A stretch of DNA of 64,000 nucleotides from Rebecca billardiae RCC1528 (lineage: Eukaryota; Protista; Haptophyta). The notes below the pieces were generated by a model that saw nothing but the letters and a program-made list of their open reading frames with translations, had not been told where the DNA came from and did no database searches. Of the stretch, positions 34,412 to 44,666 are shown one piece after another. The DNA is taken from assembly GCA_965240325.2 (NCBI GenBank), contig OZ251249.1, positions 124,001-188,000 of the forward strand, in the 5' to 3' direction. The translations under genes were made by a program, and so were the position numbers. Within the stretch, counting starts at the first letter, position 1; each line of letters begins with the position of its first letter.

Positions 34412-35827
34412 TCAGCGCAGCCCATAGCGCCGCATCAGGGGCGGCAGCTGCACCACACGCTGCGGCGTCTGCTGCACTCCGCCATCGTAGCCCACGCCCA
34501 GGCCGAGCGCGGCCGAACGCAGGCCGCACGCGTACACGCCGGCATCCGCCGTCAAATAGAGGGCGTGGATATAGCCGAGTGAGCAGTCGACCACGTGCGC
34601 ATGCGCGAGCCCCCCCATCCGCCCGGGCAGCGTGTGATCCATTCGGTCCCCCGGCCCCAGCAGGCCGGTGCGGTTGTCCCCAAACGTGTGCACGCTGCCG
34701 TCCGCGCACACCACCGCGCTCGTCCAATAGCCCGCGCTGGCGCGCACGGCACGCATGCCCATCAATGCGTCGATGCGCTTGGGCACCGGGCGAGTAGCCT
34801 CATCACCGTGGCCGAGCGCGCCATGAGAACCGCGACCGAAGGAGTGCACGCCGCCCGCGCTGTAGTTGTAGCCCGCGCTCACGTGCACGGCGCGCACGCC
34901 CGCGAGCGCCTCGATGCGCCGCGGCGTGCGCTGCCGCTGCCCGTCACCGTGGCCAAGGCAGCCGTCGTAGGCCTCCCCGCACGAGTACACTGCGCCGCAC
35001 GCCGAGAGCAGCAGCGTGTGATAGCAGCCCGCGGCCACGCCACCCACGCGCACGCCGTCCAGCGCCTCAATGCGCGTTGGCTGCAGCCGGTCCTTTGTGA
35101 CGCCGTGGCCGAGCATGCCAAAGCCGCCGCGGCCCCAGCTGTACACAGCGCCGGCAGCCGTGAGCGCGAGGCTGTGGTACCAACCGACAGCAACGCCGAC
35201 GACGAGCTCCGCGCCCAGCGCCGCCACCTGCACGAACGCCCGTCGCTCAGCCGTGTCGCCCACGCCCAGCTGGCCGTACTCGTTGCTGCCGCACGCGTAC
35301 ACGGCGCCCGCCTCGCTCAGCGCGAGCAGGTGCTCGCTGCCGGCAGCCACCGCGCACACACGCACAGCCGCTAGGGAGCCGATGCGCCTCGGCAGGAGCA
35401 CGCGGGACTCCCTGCTGAGCTCGGGATGGCCCCATCGCGCGCCGCACGTGTGCACGCCGCCGGTGCTGTCGACAAAGGCGGAAAATCTCATCTCAATCGA
35501 TCGGCCGGCAGCTGCAACGTGCGCGTGCGCGCACGCGAGCTCGAACACGCGCTCGCGTCCAAATAGCTCCTCAGCCCACGTGCGCGTGCCCGCCGGCAGG
35601 GTCGGCGGCAGCGCGGCCTCGTGCCCGCGCGCACGCGAACGCTCGCGCAGCGCGTGCTCGAGCGGCGCGCCGCGGAAGAGGCGAGCGGCGGCGTTGGCGG
35701 CGGCGAGGTCACGCGCGCCGTTGAGGTGGACCAAAATGCGCGCGACGAGATCGGGCGGCAGGTCGGTCAGCCGCACGGCCGCCGTTGCCGAGCGCGCCTT
35801 GCCACGCGCGCGCGTCGTCGGTGCCAT
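34412..35827 (-). CDS. F-box-like + RCC1-repeat protein, copy 6 (in-frame ~5-codon deletion in one blade)
   Basis: Same architecture; SAGYNYSAGGV lacks LVVDA. Confidence 0.88.
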   Translation of the reverse strand: MAPTTRARGKARSATAAVRLTDLPPDLVARILVHLNGARDLAAANAAARLFRGAPLEHALRERSRARGHEAALPPTLPAGTRTWAEELFGRERVFELACAHAHVAAAGRSIEMRFSAFVDSTGGVHTCGARWGHPELSRESRVLLPRRIGSLAAVRVCAVAAGSEHLLALSEAGAVYACGSNEYGQLGVGDTAERRAFVQVAALGAELVVGVAVGWYHSLALTAAGAVYSWGRGGFGMLGHGVTKDRLQPTRIEALDGVRVGGVAAGCYHTLLLSACGAVYSCGEAYDGCLGHGDGQRQRTPRRIEALAGVRAVHVSAGYNYSAGGVHSFGRGSHGALGHGDEATRPVPKRIDALMGMRAVRASAGYWTSAVVCADGSVHTFGDNRTGLLGPGDRMDHTLPGRMGGLAHAHVVDCSLGYIHALYLTADAGVYACGLRSAALGLGVGYDGGVQQTPQRVVQLPPLMRRYGLR

Positions 35828-36594
35828 GCCGGAGAGCGTGCGCGTGGGAGCGGGCGATGGGTGCGGTGGCCCCGATCCGGGCTTTTGTCAAGCGGCCGGA
35901 CCATACGAACCAGATTCAGCCCTTGAGTATTTCCCTACCCCCATGGCTGAGAGTCTGAATAGTAATCAACGACGCGACGAACGATGTAGCGCCCCCTACC
36001 TAACGAGATGCTATTGAGCTGCTCACGCTAAGTGCCATTAGCGCGTGCCTTGATTGCGCGATGAAAACATAGAGGCCGTTCATCGATTGGTGGCAGGCGC
36101 TCTGGCCGTTCTGGCCTCGCGCTGGTTTGGCACGGGCATGTCGTTCATCTCATTGACGTGATGACCCACCCATGCTGCGCCTCGGCCAATCACCAGCCCG
36201 ACATGGCGCAAGGTTTTGGCTAAAGGCTTCTCCAAGCTTATGCGGCTTCGTCGCGGTGAGAAGCGCGTCAATGAGCAAGCGTTCGCCAATCTTTTCCCTC
36301 GCCAGAACCGGCTTCGAGGCCGCTCAGCGAACGCGTGCGAGGCGGCTGATGAGACTCGACCGGCGTGGCGGCCAATCACAGCCTACAATCTCGCTCGAAG
36401 GCAGCGGTTCGGCCCAACCGCTTCTCAGACCTTTCGCGCTAACGAACCCTGGCCAAAAAACCCGCTCGCTGCGCTGCCGCGCTCAACAACGACGTCATTT
36501 CAGCAGACGCTCGCCCGTCTCTCTCCCCCCCCCGCCGGCGAGAGAGCCCCCGTCCAAACCGACCCACAAACACACCCCGCACGCGCGCACCGCC

Positions 36595-39357
36595 ATGGCG
36601 ACCTCCGTCCTCGGGCGCGCGCCCAAGCCGCCGAAGGAGCCGATGCCCATCCTCGAGCCCTCGCAGGACGCGCGCGACCTCCTCGGCCTCTTCCCGACCG
36701 CGCCGGCGCGCAACATCCTCGAGGAGTTCCACGTCGGCCTGCCGGTCATCCTGTGCAGCGTGACGATCTACGCGTGCATGCTCGCCGGCACGTTCGCCGG
36801 GCTGGCGGAGCACAAGGCGCAGCTCCTCCCGCTCGAGCGCACCGCCGCGCTCGCCGCGGGCACCGTCCTCCTCGCGTCCGCGCTCGCGCGCGTCGGCTTC
36901 CTCGTGCGCAACCGCAAGACGCTCAAGCCGACGATGGCGGACATGGCGATGCTGGCGGCGAACACGATGGCGGCGTCGGCGAACCTGATCATGGGCACCG
37001 TCGGCACGCCCATCCTCGTCGACCCGATCACCGGCACCTCCGAGTACATGGTCCGCTGGTGCGAGTGGGGCACGCTCGGCTTCCTGATGACGTTCACCGT
37101 CGAGGCCGTCTCGGCGCGCGCGCTGTCCGGGCCGCTCTCGCTGGGCGTGCTGATGGGCACGGCGTGCGTCGCCGGGTACGTCTTCCCGTTCTGCTCCAAC
37201 ATCTACGTGTGGGGCGCCGCGATGGTCTACGCCTTCGCCGCGTACTCGCACATCTTCCCGCGCTACCTCAAGCGGCGGCGCACGCACCAGGCGGCGTACG
37301 ACAAGTGCGCGTCGCCGTCGGACGTGGCGCAGCTCGTGGCGGAGAAGGTGGCGCACCAGCTGATGGTGTGCTGCCTCGTCATGTGGACCATCATCACCGC
37401 CGACTACTGCGTCACCGCCGCCCTCGCCTACCGCCTCGGCGACGCGTACGGCACGGGCGGCGCGCGGCCGCAGTGGCCGTTTGTGCTCGACTGCTGCCTC
37501 GACGTGGTGGCCAAGCTGTGCTACGCGGCGGTGGTGTCGAGCGCGCACGCGCACGTGCCGGTCGAGGCGGAGAAGCAGCAGACGCGCTGGATCCGCGAGG
37601 CCATGGACACCGTCTGGTCCGGCGCGCGCGACGCCGTGCTCCTCTCTGAGCTGCGCGGCAACGGCACGGTGCGCACGATCGCGTCCGACTCGCTCTCCAA
37701 CGTGGTGCCCAAGGCGGCGGCGCGGCGGTGGACGACGTGGCACGCGCACTACGTGGGCGGCGCCGCGTCGTGGGAGGGCTCCGAGGACACCCTCTCCTCG
37801 CACGGCTCCGTCTCCTCCGCCTCCACCGCCAAGTCGTCCGTGCTCGACGCCCAGGAGGCGCTCGAGACGCTCATCTCGTCGGCGTGGCACCAGTCGATCG
37901 CGGCGGCGCGGCAGGCGGCGAGCCGCAAGGCGGCGGAGGACGAGTTCGGCGCGGAGCTGTACGACGAGGGCGAGAAGCCGGAGCCGCCGCCCGCGCCCGC
38001 CGAGACCATCACGATGCGCTGGGAGCCGCCGCACCGCGCCGGCGCCGCCGAGGGCACGCTGTGCGAGGTGCAGGCGACGCGCTGCACGCGGCGCGTGCCC
38101 GGCCAGGCCAAGCCGGCCAACTTTCTGATCGTGGTGATCCGCGACATCACGGAGCGCGTGCGCACGATCGAGCTGGAGCGCAAGCTGGCCGAGTCGATGG
38201 CGGAGAAGCGGCTGCTCGCCGAGCAGCTCGGCCGCCGGTGCGACGACCACGCCGCGCGCTTCACGCAGCAGGAGGCGCGCTCGGGCGTGCTCTCCGCGCT
38301 CGCGCAGTGCGAGGCGCTCATCGAGTTCCACGTGCAGACGGAGGCGTCGTTCAAGCAGATGAAGGAGGGCAACATGGAGGACGGGCTGCGCGACCTCGCG
38401 GCGAAGCTGCAGCGCACGCTCGGCACCGTCAACTCGGCGGGCATGGCCAAGCACCTCGCCAACGGCACCTACGAGCCCCACGCGCAGGAGCGCGTGGACG
38501 TGGCCGCGCTCCTGTCCGAGTCGCTGGGCCGGCCGCCGCGCTTCTCGCTCCGCGCCGAGCCGAGCGCGCCGTCCGTGTTCGTCGACCCGCAGCTGCTCGT
38601 GTGCGTGCACCGCAACGCGATCGCCAACGCGCTCGAGTTCGGCTGCCGCGAGTCGCCCATCGCCACCTCCGTCCGGCTGCGCGCCAACGGCATGCTCGTC
38701 CTCCGCGTGACCAACGCGCCCGGCCCCGGCCACGAGAAGCTCATGGCCGACGGCGGCGCGGTGTCCAAGCACGTCTTCGAGCGCGGCGCGACGCTGCACG
38801 GCGCGAGCGCGCGCTCGGAGGACGGGCCGAAGGGCGACGGCGGCTGGATCATGCGGCTCTGCGCCGACGCGCTCGGCGGCAAGTGCTCCATCGCCTTCGA
38901 GCCGGACGGCACCGTGTTCGAGCTCAGCTGCCCGGTCGGCGTCGACGGCCCGCCGCCGCGCCGCGCGCCGCCCGCGCGCGCCGCGGGCGTGTGCGACGCG
39001 CTCTCGGAGACGACGTCCGACGACCACCCGGGCTCGCGGTCGGAGCACGCCGAGCTCGAGGAGATCCAGCTCGACGTGCGCCGCGCCGTCGGCCGCCTCA
39101 CGCACGACATCTCCTCCACCGACATGCCGTGGGCGGACGCCAAGCGCGCGCTCGGCACCATCAAGGCGGAGGTCGCCTCGCTGCACGCCGTGTTTGGCGT
39201 GCCAGAGGAGCGCGCCGCCGACGTGGGCGCGCGCGTCGACGCGCTGCTCGAGCTGCGCGACGCGCCGTACGACTTCCGGCGCAGCCCGGCCTGGCTCGAG
39301 CTGCTCGCCTCCGTCCACAAGGCGCTCGGCCCCGCCGCGCCGCGCGACGACGCCTGA
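36595..39357 (+). CDS. Microbial rhodopsin - PAS-like - histidine-kinase-like (HisKA/HATPase) - Hpt-like fusion protein, intronless
   Basis: Helix C YMVRWCEW (37045-37068), helix G LDVVAK with retinal Lys (37513), VIRDITER PAS end, N-box RNAIANA, NAPGPG, VFERG, KGDGGWIM..CA.ALGG. Confidence 0.85.
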   Translation: MATSVLGRAPKPPKEPMPILEPSQDARDLLGLFPTAPARNILEEFHVGLPVILCSVTIYACMLAGTFAGLAEHKAQLLPLERTAALAAGTVLLASALARVGFLVRNRKTLKPTMADMAMLAANTMAASANLIMGTVGTPILVDPITGTSEYMVRWCEWGTLGFLMTFTVEAVSARALSGPLSLGVLMGTACVAGYVFPFCSNIYVWGAAMVYAFAAYSHIFPRYLKRRRTHQAAYDKCASPSDVAQLVAEKVAHQLMVCCLVMWTIITADYCVTAALAYRLGDAYGTGGARPQWPFVLDCCLDVVAKLCYAAVVSSAHAHVPVEAEKQQTRWIREAMDTVWSGARDAVLLSELRGNGTVRTIASDSLSNVVPKAAARRWTTWHAHYVGGAASWEGSEDTLSSHGSVSSASTAKSSVLDAQEALETLISSAWHQSIAAARQAASRKAAEDEFGAELYDEGEKPEPPPAPAETITMRWEPPHRAGAAEGTLCEVQATRCTRRVPGQAKPANFLIVVIRDITERVRTIELERKLAESMAEKRLLAEQLGRRCDDHAARFTQQEARSGVLSALAQCEALIEFHVQTEASFKQMKEGNMEDGLRDLAAKLQRTLGTVNSAGMAKHLANGTYEPHAQERVDVAALLSESLGRPPRFSLRAEPSAPSVFVDPQLLVCVHRNAIANALEFGCRESPIATSVRLRANGMLVLRVTNAPGPGHEKLMADGGAVSKHVFERGATLHGASARSEDGPKGDGGWIMRLCADALGGKCSIAFEPDGTVFELSCPVGVDGPPPRRAPPARAAGVCDALSETTSDDHPGSRSEHAELEEIQLDVRRAVGRLTHDISSTDMPWADAKRALGTIKAEVASLHAVFGVPEERAADVGARVDALLELRDAPYDFRRSPAWLELLASVHKALGPAAPRDDA

Positions 39358-40047
39358 GCGCGCTGCCAGTGCACGCGCACAGCGCGACGATGCGCATCAG
39401 TGTGAGCATGCCGCCCACCGGCTGCCTGCGGGCTCCCGTCTCTCCAAGAGCCTGGGCCTTCCCGAACAGTAGCAGTCTGAGCGTGCTGAATGGCCGCGCC
39501 GGCGCGGTCTGCACCCGAGCATGACTATCAGCATATGATCATCATCAGCATCATCGATCATCGGATATATCATGCGCGTGTCGTAGCGCTAGGCTGTCGT
39601 AAGTGTAGGCGCGGCGGCCTGCCAGTGCCGCGCGGCGGGGCCGCGGCCGGCGCGGGCCCGGGCCGCCGCGCGGCCGCGGAGCGGCCGTAGTGCTGTAGCA
39701 GTGACGACGACTACATATGCGCGCACTGCGCTGTGCCGAGCTTAAGTAGTACTGCGCTATATAAATAATGGTACTTATATATGCATGTATTGGCTGATGA
39801 CGACAGATGATGCTGATGATGACGCGATGATCTGCTTATTGGATCGATCGGCGGCCAGCGCGGGCCGGGGCCGCGGAGGGCCCGGCTGGCGCGGCGGAGG
39901 CCGCGCCTGCCGCCAAGACGGCCAAGAGTTCCAGCCGATCGATCGGACGCACTTGCTGTAGAGAGTTTGCGGCGCGCGCGGGGCACCGGCCACGCGCGCC
40001 GCCCACCGCCGCGCCGCCGCACAGCGCCGTGGCCTCCCGTGGCCCGC

Positions 40048-41109
40048 CTACTCGGAGGCGCGCGCCGCCGGCTCGTCCCGCGCGCCGCGCGAGCGCAGCC
40101 CCTCGCCCATCCGCCGCAGCGTCGCAAAGTCGGCCGAGTGGCGCGCGGCCAGGTCGGCGAGGCGCGGCGCGGCGGTGAGCAGCGTGAGCGGCGCGCGCAC
40201 GGGCGGGTGGTTGACGATGCGCTCGGGCTCGTCGTACCGCACGACGCGCACCACCGCCTCCGCCGTCTCCCACGCCTCCGAGCCGCCCGACGCTGCCAGC
40301 TCCGCCGCCTGCAGCCCGCTCGAGATTGCAATCTCGAGCCCCATCCCGGTGTCGGTGACGAATCCGGGCGCGACGTGGTGGACGGAGACGGGCCCGCGCT
40401 CGGTCTTCTGCTCGGCGCGGAGCGCGGCAGTGAAGCCCGCGAGGCCGTGCTTCGACGCGGCGTACGCCGTCGCGTACGGCACGCCCGCCTTCCCCGCGAT
40501 CGAGCCCACGTTCACCACGTGCCCGCGCGAGCGGCGCAGCTGCGGCCAGAGCGCGGCGGTGAGCTCGATCGGCGCATGCAGGTTCACGCCGAGCTGGAGC
40601 GCGACGTCGGCGGGGGTCTGCACGTCGAAGGGCTTCCACCGCTCGACGCCCGCGTTGTTCACCAGCAGCAGCGGGCACGCCGCGTCGAAGCCCGCCGCCG
40701 CCGCCGCGGCGAGCGCCGCGCGGTCGGCGGCCGACGCGACGTCCGCGCGGACGGCCGTGACGCTCACCGCCGGGTGCGCGGCGCGGATGTCGGCGGCGAC
40801 GGCCTCGAGCTTGTCGAGCTGGCGCGCGGCAACGATGAGCTTCGACACGCCCTCGCGCGCCAGCGTGCGCGCGATCACCGCGCCGATCCCGCCGGACGCG
40901 CCGGTGACGAGCGCGCACGCGCCCGCCACGTCCGCGACCGGCGGCAGCGTCGCCGCCTCGAGCGCGGCGAAGGCGACGAGCGCGAGCGCGAGCCAGCCGA
41001 GCGAGAGCGGGACGGGGCTCGCGTTGAAGCGCAGCCGCGTGCGCAGCGCCCACGTCGCGAGCACCACGCCCACCGCGAGCGCGATCGGGCGCGCGCCCGC
41101 GCCCTCCAT
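40048..41109 (-). CDS. Short-chain dehydrogenase/reductase with N-terminal membrane anchor
   Basis: TGASGGIG, LVNNAG, GSIAG, YAASK. Confidence 0.93.
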   Translation of the reverse strand: MEGAGARPIALAVGVVLATWALRTRLRFNASPVPLSLGWLALALVAFAALEAATLPPVADVAGACALVTGASGGIGAVIARTLAREGVSKLIVAARQLDKLEAVAADIRAAHPAVSVTAVRADVASAADRAALAAAAAAGFDAACPLLLVNNAGVERWKPFDVQTPADVALQLGVNLHAPIELTAALWPQLRRSRGHVVNVGSIAGKAGVPYATAYAASKHGLAGFTAALRAEQKTERGPVSVHHVAPGFVTDTGMGLEIAISSGLQAAELAASGGSEAWETAEAVVRVVRYDEPERIVNHPPVRAPLTLLTAAPRLADLAARHSADFATLRRMGEGLRSRGARDEPAARASE

Positions 41110-41434
41110 CGCGATGTCAGTTGCTTCCGAGGGCGCAATCTGCCAATCTCGTCTCGACTCTCTCGCGACAGGTCGACTGCGTGCCCGCTCATCAAGTCGT
41201 TACATGATCTCGTAGAGCGCCCGCACTAGTACTTGTACGATAACGGGCGGCGCGTAGCTACGGAAGCTACCCCCGTGCCATCAAAGCTGACGAACCCGCG
41301 CGGGGAATTGAGCGAGGATTGTTGCAGATTGCTCGGCTCGGGCGGAAAGGCCTGACGCCGCACCAGCGCGCAAAGGCCCACCCGCAGCTGGCGGACGGGG
41401 TCCGCGGCCGAGCGCAGGCGCGCGCACTGAGCAC

Positions 41435-42836
41435 ATGGCCGCGATCGCGGCCCCCGAGGCATTGCCACCGTCGGCCGCGCAGCCTGAGCCCGCCGCCGAG
41501 AGCGACGCGCAGGTGCGCCGCCCCGCGCCGCCGCGCGCGCGCTCGTCTGATCATCACAGCCGTTTGCAGACGCCCGCCGCGCCGCGCGTGCGCGCCGCAC
41601 TCCGCGCGCCGCTCGGCCGCGCGCTCACGCAAACGCCCAGCCCCCTCGCCCGCCCCGCGCCCCGCCGCCAGGCCGACTTCGCCGCCGCCGAGGCCGCGCT
41701 CGTGAGCAAGTACGGCGGCCTGCCCAAGGCCAACCCCATCTTTGCGCACGCCGTCAAGAAGGAGAAGCACTACTTCGACTCGGGCGACTGGCAGCTGCAG
41801 CAGCAGGGCGGGATGGGGCAGGCCGGTGCGCGCGCGCGCGCGCGCGCCGCCGCGCGCAGCCGCCGCCCTCGCCCGCGCGGCACGCCACCGGCGGCGCGCG
41901 CGCGGCCGCGCGGCCGCGCGCACGCGGCCGTTCGCGCGAGCCGCCGCGCCGTGCGCACGGCGCGCCTGCCGCGTCGCTCGCCCTCCCGCGCTCCACGCGC
42001 GCCCGCCCGCCCCGCCCGCGCGGCGCAGGCCTGCCCAACTTTGGCGAGGACACGGCGCGCCGCCCGCTCGCGTACGACCACCACCATCCGACGGAGGCGG
42101 CGGAGGCGTCCCGGCTGGGCACGCAGCAGCCGCCCAAGCTGGAGAAGAGGCCCCCCGGTGAGAGCGCGGGCGAGGGGCGCGCGGCGCCCAAGCTGGAGAA
42201 GAGGCCCCCCGGTGAGAGCGCGGGCGAGGGGCGCGCGGAGGGGGCGCGGGCGCTCGGGCCGGAGCGGCGCCCCCGCGGTGAGCGAGGGCGAGGGCTGGCT
42301 GCGCCTAGGTTAGGGTTAGGGTTAGGGTTAGGGTTAGGTTAGAGCGAGGGCGAGGGCTGGCTGCGCGGCGGGCGCGCGCGGCGGAGGAGGGCGGAGGGCC
42401 GCGCGCGGGGCGTGCGTGGGCGGCGGGCCTAGGTTAGGGTTAGGGTTAGGGTTAGTACCTCCGCGCGCGGGGCGTGCGTGGGCGGCGGGCCCCGCGCGCT
42501 GGCGGGGCGGCGCGCCTGCCGCGGGGCCGAGCGCACCCGCGGGCGCGGGCGGCGCGCGCGCGCGCGTCCGCACGCGCGCACTCGGCGCGCTGAGCCGCTT
42601 TCCGCGCCGCGCCGCCGGCCCCGCGCCCCGCGCCCCGCACGCACGCAGGCCAACCGCCGCGCAGCTCGTCAATTGGCGGCAAGAGCGGAGGGTCGAGCGG
42701 AATGTCGCCGCGCGGCTCGGGCGCGGCGCAGCACGCCGCCGCGATGGCTGCGGCCGCCGCCGCAGTCGGCGAGACCCGCGGCCCGGGCGCCGGCGCGGAC
42801 GAGCCCGGACCAACGGCCGACGCGTCCGGCGCGTAG
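41435..42836 (+). CDS. Endosulfine/ARPP19/Igo1-family PP2A inhibitor; exons ~41435-41512, 41672-41826, 42029-42157, 42649-42836
   Basis: SKYGGLP..KKEKHYFDSGDW matches the endosulfine FDSGD motif; GT-AG introns give a continuous frame. Confidence 0.8.
42306..42455 (+). repeat. Two intronic (TTAGGG)n tracts
   Basis: Seen at 42306-42342 and 42430-42455. Confidence 0.92.
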
Positions 42837-43473
42837 GCGCGGTGCGCGCGGCCGGCGCGGCACGGCCGCCGGCGCGTGACGCGCGCGGGGCGGGGGCGCG
42901 CGGTGCTGCGCCTCGACGACGCCGCTCCCTCGCTCTCGGCCGCGCCGCCCTCCGGCACACCGTGGCACGGCGTTGCCACAGCGCGGCCGGCGGCGGCAGC
43001 AGCACACTGCGCGAGTACGCCTCCGAACGGCTGGCCGTCGGCGCGGTGCCGGGCGCGCCGTCGGGCGCCGCCCTGCCTCCCTCCGCCCCGCGAGTCCTTC
43101 GGCGCAGCGGCCGCTGCTGCGTGTGGCCTCTTGGGGCGCAGGACCGCCGCGACCGCCGCGCTCTGGCGGCTGCGCGTTTTCCATGGTCCTCCAGGGTCGG
43201 ATGACTGATGACTGATGCGAGCTCGTAACGTACTGTTACTAGACGACGCAGACACTTAGTCTTACTAGACGACGCAGACACTCAGACAGTCAGTCCGCCA
43301 CCTGATCAGCATGATCGACGTCATCATTCATCAAGCCGCGCCAAAATGTTCGACGAGAGACTCGACGGAGAGCCTCGGCGTCTGGAGGTCGTCTCGAGCG
43401 GCGAGCGGAATTCGCGCGCGGCATTTGGAGTGGCGCAGACGACCAAGCACTTGGTCATCCGCCGCCGAGCACG

Positions 43474-44666
43474 ATGGCCGACGCGCGCGTGCGCCGGCGC
43501 GGCGATGGCGCCGACGCGCTACTGCCGTACCTCCCGCGCATGACGCCGCGCGTGTACACCGGGCTGGTCGGCTGGGTCCTCTGCGTCTACCTCCTCCTCG
43601 CCGCCACGCCGCCCGCCACGCCGCCCGAGCGCCTCGACCGCTACCGCGAGCTCATGTCGTTTGCGTCGACTGACCCGGGCTTCCACGAGCTCGAGCGCGA
43701 GATGCTCGGGCTGCTGCGCGAGCAGGACGAGCACAAGGTGCTCTTCTGGTCGTGGCGCTCGCCGTACAAGGAGCGCGTGCGCGAGAAGCAGGCGCAGATC
43801 GACGAGCTCGCGCCGCGGTACGACGCAATGGTGGCAGACCGCGAGGCGACGCGCGTGCAGGCGCGGCAGCAGGTGGGGCTGTGGAGCGAGGTGGGCGTGG
43901 GCGAGATGCGCGCGCTCTTCTGGAAGAGCTGGCAGGAGGGCAAGGACTTTGCCAAGCGCATGACCTTCTGGTGCGCGCCGCCGCCCGCCGCGCGCGCCGC
44001 GCGCTGCGGGCGCGCGCGCTGCCGCGCGCGCCGCGCGCGCCGCGCCCTGCGCGCCAACCGCCCCGCTGCGCACGCACACACCGGCGCCGCGCGCGGCCGG
44101 CCGGGCGCAGGGACCTCATGTTCGCCACGTCGCGGCGCGAGGAGACCATCGTCACCGTGCTGGTGCGCATGCTCTCCACCTTCCTCATGAACCTCTCGGT
44201 GGGTAACCCTAACCCTACCCCCTAACCCTAACGCCCGCCCTGCGCACGCCCTGCGCACGCCCGCGCGGCGCCGGCTGCGGGCTCGAGCGCGCGCGCGCGC
44301 GCGCCGTCGGGCGCGGCCGCAGCGGCTGACGGCTGGCCGCCCCTTCCGCCGCGCCGCCGCCGCGCGCGCGCGCGCGGACAGGTGGGGCTGTGCGCGGCGG
44401 TGTTCTGGTTCAGCGGGCGCGTGATCTCGCTCATCTTCTCGTACCAGCCGCCGCTCTACTCGGGCGCGGCCTTCGGGCTCGTGGCGGTGCTGGGCGCGGC
44501 CGGCACTGTCTTTCTGTTCATGGGCCTCTTGTACGGGCTGGCGGTCGGCGGCGCGTACGTGGCGCTCAAGTCGGCGGCGGAGAACAACCGGCGGGTGCAG
44601 CACGAGCGCGCGCAGCAGCAGGCGTACCTGCGCGGCGGGGCGCAGAGGCGCGCGCACTACGACTAG
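43474..44666 (+). CDS. Hypothetical membrane protein with coiled coil, spliced (introns ~43971-44110, ~44199-44381)
   Basis: Coding-like exons with TM segments and GT-AG introns; the second intron carries (CCCTAA)n. Confidence 0.7.

Noticed and set aside
9176-35827. Diversity-generating retroelement driving RCC1 variation
   Set aside because: No template repeat seen, changes are not evidently adenine-restricted, and the nearby RTs are DIRS- and LINE-type.
36172-36594. N-terminal extension of the rhodopsin ORF given by the ORF track
   Set aside because: Promoter-like composition; the ATG at 36595 has GCCATGG context and starts coding-like codon usage.
36439-39318. 959-aa antisense ORF and similar shadow ORFs throughout the window
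   Set aside because: Expected antisense artefacts of very high GC3 coding sequence.
42306-42455. True chromosome end or telomere fusion
   Set aside because: Tracts are short, in the same orientation, and lie within an intron of a continuous gene.
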